Origin: Candidatus Aminicenantes bacterium
GTDB lineage: Bacteria; Acidobacteriota; Aminicenantia; Aminicenantales; Saccharicenantaceae
Direction: 5' to 3'
DNA: 64,000 bases
NCBI GenBank assembly: GCA_014360015.1
Contig: JACIYJ010000003.1
Location: 6,197-70,196, forward strand
A program made the translations under genes and the position numbers. This document shows positions 57,468 through 64,000 of this stretch, in pieces. Below the pieces are notes generated by a model. It was given only the letters and a program-made list of their open reading frames with translations. It was not told the DNA's origin and ran no database searches. Position 1 is the first letter of the stretch. The number at the start of each line of letters is the position of its first letter.

Positions 57468-59297
57468 ATGAAAAGGATTAAGAAGACTGAAAAAAGCAAA
57501 ATCAATACTCTATCAAAACAAAGAACAACCTCAAAAATTCTTTCCGGAAAAGTCTTATTACTGGTACTGACTCTGACCATTGTTTTCCTCCTTTCTATCC
57601 CAGGAAATTTATTCTCAGCTTTAAAAACTTCTTCTTCAGAAAAGACCGGCTCTCCTGACCGGCTGCAGTGGTTTCGGGAAGCCAAGTTTGGACTTTTCAT
57701 TCACTGGGGAGTTTATTCGATGATTGGCCGGGAAGAATGGGCCAGAGAATTGCTACAGATTCCGCTCTCTGAATACCAGAAATATGCTGATAACTTCAAT
57801 CCGGTTAATTATGATCCTAAGCAATGGGTCAGACTGGCCAAAGAAGCTGGAGCCAAATACATAGTAATTACTTCCAAACATCATGATGGGTTCTGTCTAT
57901 TTGATAGCCAGTACACAGATTATGACAGCATGCAGTCCCGGATTCACAAAGATTTGCTGGGCCTGCTGGTCAAAGCCTGCCGCGAAGAGAATATGCCGAT
58001 TGGCTTTTATTACTCAATCATGGACTGGCATCATCCCGACTATTTGCCGAGACGAAAATGGGAAAAGGACCGGCCGGCTAAGGACGCTGATTTCAAACGG
58101 TATGTTCAGTACATGAAAAACCAGCTGAGAGAGTTGGTGCAAAAATACCAGCCAGCCATTCTCTGGTTTGACGGCGAATGGGAACATAAGAACGAAGATT
58201 ACGATGCCTTAGGTGTGGGAGAGATGCTGCGTCAACTCAAGCCCGACCTAATCATCAATGATCGGTTGTTCAACCGGGCTCCTGGGTTAGGAGATTTTGG
58301 CACGCCGGAAAATTATGTGCCGGCTACAGGCTGGAGAAATGAAGACGGCAGTCTAAGGCTCTGGGAAGTCTGCATGACCATAAATTTTAACGGTTGGGGC
58401 TATAATCATTATGAAACTGAATTCAGGAATGCCACCCAGCTCATCCGCCAGCTCATAGAAATTGTCAGCAAGGGCGGAAATTTCCTGCTAAACATTGGCC
58501 CCCGGCCGGACGGCACCATCCAGCCTGAGTTTGTGGAAAGGCTGAAGCGGATCGGGGCCTGGCTCAAGGTCAACGGCGAAGCCATTTATGGCACGGAACC
58601 GAGTGTATTTGACAAGCTGCCTTTTTTTGGGCGTTGCACAGTAAAAGGCAATAAGGTGTTTATTCATGTCATGGGCTGGCCACAGGATAAAAAAATCGTG
58701 CTGCCTGGGCTTAAAAACAGGGTGCAAAAAGTCTATTTGCTGGCTACCAGAGAAAACCTGAAATACTCCCAGGAAAGAGGAGATACCATCATCACTCTTC
58801 CGGCTGAGCCACTCGATGAGGACGCTACGGTCATCACAGTGGAAGTTGAGGGTAAGCCACAGGCTGAGCCATATCAGATAAAGCCCGGGAGCGATGGACG
58901 ACTTGAGCTTCCAGTCTATCTGGCTGAAATTAAATCGCAGATGGGACAGCGGGCTTATCTAGATTATTTCTACCGCACCACCATGCTGACCAACTGGCAG
59001 AATGTGAATGACTATCCGGAATGGGAATTTTATCTGCCGGAAGGAGGAGTCTTTGAACTGCTGGCTTCCTATGCCTATCAGTGGGGCGGGAAGAGCACGT
59101 TTGTGGTGGAGATTGATGATGAAGTGAAAGTTGCCGGGGAATCGGCACCATCACCTTCAATATATTTCCCGGCCACTCATAGCCTGGGAAAAATTCAGCT
59201 CAACCCAGGTAAACATGTCCTGCGGTTTAAAATCACCTCCATCGCCAATAATAATGCCCTGAAGCTGGAAAGACTGACCCTAATACCAGCCAGATAG
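57468..59297 (+). CDS. alpha-L-fucosidase, glycoside hydrolase family 29, secreted
   Basis: 609 aa; signal peptide; GH29 N-terminal signature WFREAKFGLFIHWGVYS and catalytic-region motifs; C-terminal beta-sandwich domain. Confidence 0.85.
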   Translation: MKRIKKTEKSKINTLSKQRTTSKILSGKVLLLVLTLTIVFLLSIPGNLFSALKTSSSEKTGSPDRLQWFREAKFGLFIHWGVYSMIGREEWARELLQIPLSEYQKYADNFNPVNYDPKQWVRLAKEAGAKYIVITSKHHDGFCLFDSQYTDYDSMQSRIHKDLLGLLVKACREENMPIGFYYSIMDWHHPDYLPRRKWEKDRPAKDADFKRYVQYMKNQLRELVQKYQPAILWFDGEWEHKNEDYDALGVGEMLRQLKPDLIINDRLFNRAPGLGDFGTPENYVPATGWRNEDGSLRLWEVCMTINFNGWGYNHYETEFRNATQLIRQLIEIVSKGGNFLLNIGPRPDGTIQPEFVERLKRIGAWLKVNGEAIYGTEPSVFDKLPFFGRCTVKGNKVFIHVMGWPQDKKIVLPGLKNRVQKVYLLATRENLKYSQERGDTIITLPAEPLDEDATVITVEVEGKPQAEPYQIKPGSDGRLELPVYLAEIKSQMGQRAYLDYFYRTTMLTNWQNVNDYPEWEFYLPEGGVFELLASYAYQWGGKSTFVVEIDDEVKVAGESAPSPSIYFPATHSLGKIQLNPGKHVLRFKITSIANNNALKLERLTLIPAR

Positions 59298-59479
59298 AAA
59301 TGGAGCCCAGGTTATATTTGCTATATTGTTGAGCCAGAATTTATGAGTCAGTCTGAAATTGTATATCTCTAAATTATAAATTAACGTAACATATTGGCAG
59401 GTTGAATCGTATAATTAGTAAGAACGCTAACGAGGCAAAAACAGGACACAGAGATGTGTTCTTTTTTAAGGACTAGGTA

Positions 59480-60841
59480 ATGCCAGGATTTGAGTTAAAA
59501 AGAAAAGATCTTCATCGGTCGGAAAGCTTTTACCAGAGGATCATTCTTTTTGGTTTTATTCTATTCCTGACTTTGATGCAGGTGCCAGGACTGCTGGCTC
59601 AAGAAAGTGACCAGACAAGTAAACAATCAATCGAAGATTTGAAGAAGACCGCACCGAAGGTTTATATCGACTGCGGTTCCTGTGACCTGGATTACATCAA
59701 AACTGAAATTCCTTTTGTTAACTACGTGAGGGAACGGAAAGAAGCTGATGTTCACGTGCTGATAACCACCTTGAGGACGGGAAGCGGCGGTCGGGAATAC
59801 ACCTTGACCTTTCTCGGCCAGAACAAATTCCAGGGCCAGGACGATGTGCTTAAATATTTCTCTCACAAAACAGATTCGGAAGAAGAAATTCGGGCGGGGC
59901 TGACCCAAATCTTAAAAATCGGCCTTATGGCCTACGTGGCTAAAACTCCTATTAGGGAGAAAATTGCAGTTGATTATCAAAAAGAAGCCACGTCGTCGAC
60001 CCCATATGTTGACCGCTGGAAAAACTGGGTCTTCAGCTTGAGCTCCGGCGGTTACTTTAACGGAGAGCAATCTCGTGCTTACCAATCTGTGCGGGGGTCG
60101 TTTTCAGCCAATAAAGTAACCAAAGACATAAAATTCAACCTTAGCCTGAGTGCCTCCTACAGCCATAACCGATACACTTATGAAGACCTTACCCTTGAAT
60201 CGAACACCCGTAGCTACAGCGGAAGCGGACTGTTTGTTAAGAGTCTGGGAGAACACTGGTCAGCCGGAGCCTTCTACTCTATCTCCTCTTCAACTTACAG
60301 CAATTACCAGCTAAGGATTAATGTAGCTCCTGCCATCGAATTCGACCTTTTTCCCTATTCGCAATCAACCAGGCGACAACTGAGATTCCTTTATAAGATT
60401 GGCCCGACCTTCGCCCGTTACTTCGAAGAAACCCTTTATGACAAGACTAAAGAAACTCTGGTATCTGAATCACTGTCCATCACGCTTGACCTAAGGGAAA
60501 AATGGGGCAGCATCAGCACTTCTATCGAGGGCTCACACTACTTCCATGATTTCAGCAAACACAACCTGTCTGTTTTCAGCACTGTTTCTTTGAACCTGGT
60601 CAAAGGGCTAAATGCCTTCGTTTTCGGAGGAGCTTCTCTCATCCATGACCAGCTGTCATTGCCCAAGGGTGGAGCTACCTGGGAAGAAGTTCTCCTACGG
60701 AGGAAAATGTTGGCCACCAGTTATAGTTACTTCTTTGCTGTTGGCTTAAGCTACAACTTTGGTTCAATTTTCACCAACGTGGTCAACCCCCGCTTTGGTT
60801 CGGTGAGCAGCGGCGGGGTACAGATAATGATTGGTGATTAA
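59480..60841 (+). CDS. hypothetical secreted outer-membrane-like protein, paralog A (N-terminal alpha/beta domain plus C-terminal beta-rich domain)
   Basis: 453 aa; signal peptide; alternating-hydrophobic beta-strand pattern; C-terminal ...NVVNPRFGS motif shared with the next gene. Confidence 0.5.
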   Translation: MPGFELKRKDLHRSESFYQRIILFGFILFLTLMQVPGLLAQESDQTSKQSIEDLKKTAPKVYIDCGSCDLDYIKTEIPFVNYVRERKEADVHVLITTLRTGSGGREYTLTFLGQNKFQGQDDVLKYFSHKTDSEEEIRAGLTQILKIGLMAYVAKTPIREKIAVDYQKEATSSTPYVDRWKNWVFSLSSGGYFNGEQSRAYQSVRGSFSANKVTKDIKFNLSLSASYSHNRYTYEDLTLESNTRSYSGSGLFVKSLGEHWSAGAFYSISSSTYSNYQLRINVAPAIEFDLFPYSQSTRRQLRFLYKIGPTFARYFEETLYDKTKETLVSESLSITLDLREKWGSISTSIEGSHYFHDFSKHNLSVFSTVSLNLVKGLNAFVFGGASLIHDQLSLPKGGATWEEVLLRRKMLATSYSYFFAVGLSYNFGSIFTNVVNPRFGSVSSGGVQIMIGD

Positions 60842-60874
60842 AGAAAACAGTCCTGAAAGAGAGGAGAAATCAAG

Positions 60875-62296
60875 ATGAAGGCTGAAAAAATAATAAAAGA
60901 TAAACAATTAGAGAAGGTATCCCTCGTAGTAAAACCTGCCAACCTGGCTCGTCCATATCCAGACAATCAAGATTTTGATCAGAATGATTTCAGAGACTTT
61001 CTCTTGCTCAGGAATAACGTGTTTATCCTCATTCTTTTATTGGTCTTGATATCTACAGTCTTGATTATTAGGCCGGCTCTGGCTCAAGAAAATCAGGAAA
61101 AATACCTGGTTGAAAAATTGCTGGTTTATGTTGACCCGTCAATTGGTGCTTCTGAAATTTTTGAAAAAAACATCCCATTCGCCAAATTTGTGTCTGATCC
61201 GGCTGAAGCCAATGTCATAGTGGAAATCAGCAGAACGGTAAAAGAAGGGCAGGAATATTTTCAGATAAAATTCACAGGTAAAAATGAACTGAGTGGCAAA
61301 GATTATTTTTCAGAGCTAACTCTTCCACCTAACACTGAACCAGACCTGGTACAGAATGAACTGGCCCGAATGATAAAGCTGGGGTTGGTCCTTTATGCTG
61401 GAAGGACGCCCGAAGCCAGCAGGCTTAAAATCAGGCTCGAGCAGGAAGTTAAACCCACGGCGGTGGTGGACCCCTGGAATTTCTGGGTCTTCAGCCTGAG
61501 TGCCAACAGTTTTCTTAACGGAGAGAAAAGTTATTCTTATGATAATTTTTACGGAAATTTTTCGGCCAACAAGGTCACGCCCGAGTGGAAAATAAGGCTT
61601 TCGCTGAGCGGAAATTACTCCCGTGATGCCTTTGATTATGAAGGCACGAGTTATATAAGTTCTTCTACAGGCGGGAGCTTCCGGGCTCTGGTAGCTAAAA
61701 GCCTTGGAGAGCATTGGTCGGTAGGGGCTTTTATCAACATTACCAGCTCCACCTATCAGAACATAAAAATATCAGGTAAAATCTCTCCGGCTGTTGAGTA
61801 CAACTTCTTCCCCTACTCTGAATCTACCAAGCGCCAGCTGCGGCTAACCTACAGCTTAGACGTGGGGCCAGCCTATTATCGGGAAGAAACCATATTTGAT
61901 AAAACCAGGGAATTCCTGGTCAGAAACAATTTATCCATTACCCTGGAGCTTAAGAAAAAATGGGGCACCATCAGCTCCTCAGTTGAAGGCTCTCATTACT
62001 ATCATGATTTCAGCAAATACAGAATTGAGTTCAATAACGATATTTCGGTGAGATTGTTCCGCGGCTTTTCAGTCAACGTCTATGGCGGTTATGCCCGGAT
62101 ACATGATTTGATTTCCATTGCCAAGGCTGGGGCCTCCTGGGAAGATGTGCTGCTGATGAGAAAGCAGTTAGCCACTTCTTATAATTATTACTTCTCTGTT
62201 GGTATCAGCTATTCCTGGGGTTCTATTTACAGCAACGTGGTGAACCCCAGATTTGGCAGTGGCAGCTCCGGCTTCTCCATGAGCATCAGCTATTAA
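60875..62296 (+). CDS. hypothetical secreted outer-membrane-like protein, paralog B
   Basis: 473 aa; colinear similarity to paralog A (e.g. WKNWVFSLSSGGYFNGEQS vs WNFWVFSLSANSFLNGEKS; SLGEHWSAGAF vs SLGEHWSVGAF; NVVNPRFGS shared); GAGGAG RBS. Confidence 0.5.
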   Translation: MKAEKIIKDKQLEKVSLVVKPANLARPYPDNQDFDQNDFRDFLLLRNNVFILILLLVLISTVLIIRPALAQENQEKYLVEKLLVYVDPSIGASEIFEKNIPFAKFVSDPAEANVIVEISRTVKEGQEYFQIKFTGKNELSGKDYFSELTLPPNTEPDLVQNELARMIKLGLVLYAGRTPEASRLKIRLEQEVKPTAVVDPWNFWVFSLSANSFLNGEKSYSYDNFYGNFSANKVTPEWKIRLSLSGNYSRDAFDYEGTSYISSSTGGSFRALVAKSLGEHWSVGAFINITSSTYQNIKISGKISPAVEYNFFPYSESTKRQLRLTYSLDVGPAYYREETIFDKTREFLVRNNLSITLELKKKWGTISSSVEGSHYYHDFSKYRIEFNNDISVRLFRGFSVNVYGGYARIHDLISIAKAGASWEDVLLMRKQLATSYNYYFSVGISYSWGSIYSNVVNPRFGSGSSGFSMSISY

Positions 62297-62923
62297 AACT
62301 GGGGACATAATCTATATTTCCTATTTTTTGAAAAAGACGAGTTACCTTATACACGGGTTTTCTCTCTGCTGATTAATTATCCAAAAAACCTTATACCGGC
62401 TTGTGTCTATTTGTAGCCTTCTTCCTATCTTCAGCGTTTTTATTATTTCGATTTCTTTGCCTTTGGATAGACAAGTCTATAAGGCCATTCCGCTGCCGGT
62501 TATTATCAGGCAGAGTAAGCGCTCTTCAATAATCGGTTTGCCTTATCAGTTTGAAGGGCCGAAATTTTTTCGGCAGCTTAGCTCGAATCCAATTATCATA
62601 ATGCCAGTAAGTATCATTCTTGTATTCTTGATTATGGATAGACAACTATTAAAGGAAGAAAGTAAGCAAGATAAGAAATCCGGAAATTCCTGGCACGTTC
62701 CCGTTTTTGCAAGTGGTGCCTTTTTTGTCCATTTTTCAGTTTGACATTTTTTTCGCAATTACATTATATTCTGGTAAACAAAAAGAAAAGGTCAGGGTAT
62801 AGATATGTCAGAAGGCCTCATAGGGCTCTGCGGGAGCCAAAATCCTGAGGCTGACGCGGACCAGCATATCAATATTTGCCATCAACCACAATTCTATTTC
62901 TTGAGTTAATCAAGGAGGGTGTT

Positions 62924-64000
62924 ATGAAACATAGTTTCTTTTCTTACGGACTGTTAATATTCTTTTGCCTGAACCTTATAATCAATCCCCTTTTCTCTCA
63001 GGACAGACCACCAACAGCTAGGCCAGCCACCAGGGATATCACTGCTCAGCCTTCACAGATTGAACCCAGGCCTTTTTCCATAACCCGCCATCAAATCGTA
63101 ATTGACGGCCGCCCCATACCTTACACAGCCACGGCTGGTGAGATAACCATCCTGAAAACCGATGAGAAACCCGGAGCCTCCATGTTCTTTGTGGCTTATA
63201 CCCGCGATGATATCAAAGACGTTTCAAACCGCCCAATTATGTTTTGCTTCAACGGTGGGCCAGGCTCCTCCACCGTCTGGCTGCATCTCGGTGGTCTCGG
63301 TCCCAAAAAAGTGGCCCTCGATGATGAGGGCTATCCGTTGAGAACCCCTTCAACAGTCGTCGACAGCGAGTTTTCTATCCTTGACCTCACTGACCTGGTG
63401 TTCGTGGATGCCGTTTCCACTGGTTACAGCCGGCCCTTACCCGGTGAAGAAAAAAGCCAATTCCACGGCGTGGAAGAAGACGCCAATGCTTTTGCCGAAT
63501 TCATAAGAATATTCCTGACTAAGTTCGACCGCTGGAGCTCACCCAAATTCCTGCTGGGGGAAAGCTACGGGACAACCAGAGCGGCTGTGCTGTCTTCTGT
63601 CCTTCAAAATCGGACTTACGGAATCTACCTGAACGGAATAGTGTTGCTTTCCAGCGTTCTGGATTTTGCCACACTATCTTTTAACCCGGGCAACAATCTT
63701 TCTTATATGATCTTTCTGCCGCATTACACAGCTACTGCCTGGTATCACAAAAAATTGCCCGCCGAATATCAGAACAAACCCCTGGTTGCTGTTCTGGAGG
63801 AAGCCAGGAAATTCGCTGTATATGAATATATGCCTGCTCTAATTAACGGAAATATGCTGGAAGAGGAACAGGTTGACTCCATCGCCAGAAAAATGTCCGC
63901 ACTGACAGGGCTTTCGCCGAGTTACCTGAAGAATTCCAACCTGAGAGTCAGGCATGACCGTTTTGTTAAGGAACTACTTCGAGACAGGAGGCTGACAGTG
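62924..64000 (+). CDS. serine carboxypeptidase, peptidase family S10 (3' end beyond window)
   Basis: Signal peptide; S10 hallmarks FCFNGGPGSSTVW (oxyanion/NGGPGxSS motif) and catalytic-serine GESYG; open to the window end. Not in the ORF track because it is edge-truncated. Confidence 0.7.
   Translation, partial: MKHSFFSYGLLIFFCLNLIINPLFSQDRPPTARPATRDITAQPSQIEPRPFSITRHQIVIDGRPIPYTATAGEITILKTDEKPGASMFFVAYTRDDIKDVSNRPIMFCFNGGPGSSTVWLHLGGLGPKKVALDDEGYPLRTPSTVVDSEFSILDLTDLVFVDAVSTGYSRPLPGEEKSQFHGVEEDANAFAEFIRIFLTKFDRWSSPKFLLGESYGTTRAAVLSSVLQNRTYGIYLNGIVLLSSVLDFATLSFNPGNNLSYMIFLPHYTATAWYHKKLPAEYQNKPLVAVLEEARKFAVYEYMPALINGNMLEEEQVDSIARKMSALTGLSPSYLKNSNLRVRHDRFVKELLRDRRLTV

Noticed and set aside
62403-62744. 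113-aa ORF after the paralogous OM-like proteins.
   Set aside because: No RBS; hydrophobic low-complexity translation; lies in an AT-rich spacer. Probably non-coding.
1-64000. CRISPR arrays, rRNA and tRNA genes.
   Set aside because: No regularly spaced direct repeats of 24-48 bp were seen anywhere. No rRNA-like conserved blocks. No GTTCGAATC/TTCGA T-loop-containing cloverleaf candidates outside coding regions.

Overview
This is a 64 kb bacterial chromosomal window, about 45-50% GC with AT-rich stretches, with no rRNA, tRNA or CRISPR seen. TGA, TAA and TAG all terminate genes, so the standard code (table 11) is used. It has three parts. The left third (1-20.8 kb) is conserved housekeeping: speH-lrp on the minus strand divergent from glnA; a NuoE/NuoF/[2Fe-2S]-[4Fe-4S] flavoprotein module directly upstream of a stand-alone glutamate-synthase FMN-domain protein; an M50 protease, trpS, scpA, scpB, ispH, rpsA, an HU/IHF-like protein, a HIT protein, ppiD-like, an OPT peptide transporter and an aminopeptidase. 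The middle (20.9-41.5 kb) reads as an accessory region: an IS256 transposase fragment, an intact IS110-family element sitting next to a truncated RHS core remnant, a frameshifted ABC ATPase, a TonB-dependent receptor, an M14 carboxypeptidase, and a ferredoxin-fused etfBA pair. The most interesting content is two paralogous loci, each encoding a small Sec-secreted Cys-rich peptide, a TlpA-like thioredoxin and a secreted NHL-repeat six-bladed beta-propeller; locus 1 has a textbook sigma-54 promoter and an ABC exporter. The right third holds patB/malY-like, trmJ-like, an amino-acid permease pseudogene, an LpxR-like OMP, a POT transporter, plsC-like, an ECF sigma/anti-sigma/TonB-domain operon, iadA, nhaC, a sigma-54 activator, a GH29 fucosidase, two tandem paralogous outer-membrane-like proteins and a partial S10 serine carboxypeptidase. 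The Trx/NHL/Cys-peptide pair of loci is the best candidate for an undescribed system.
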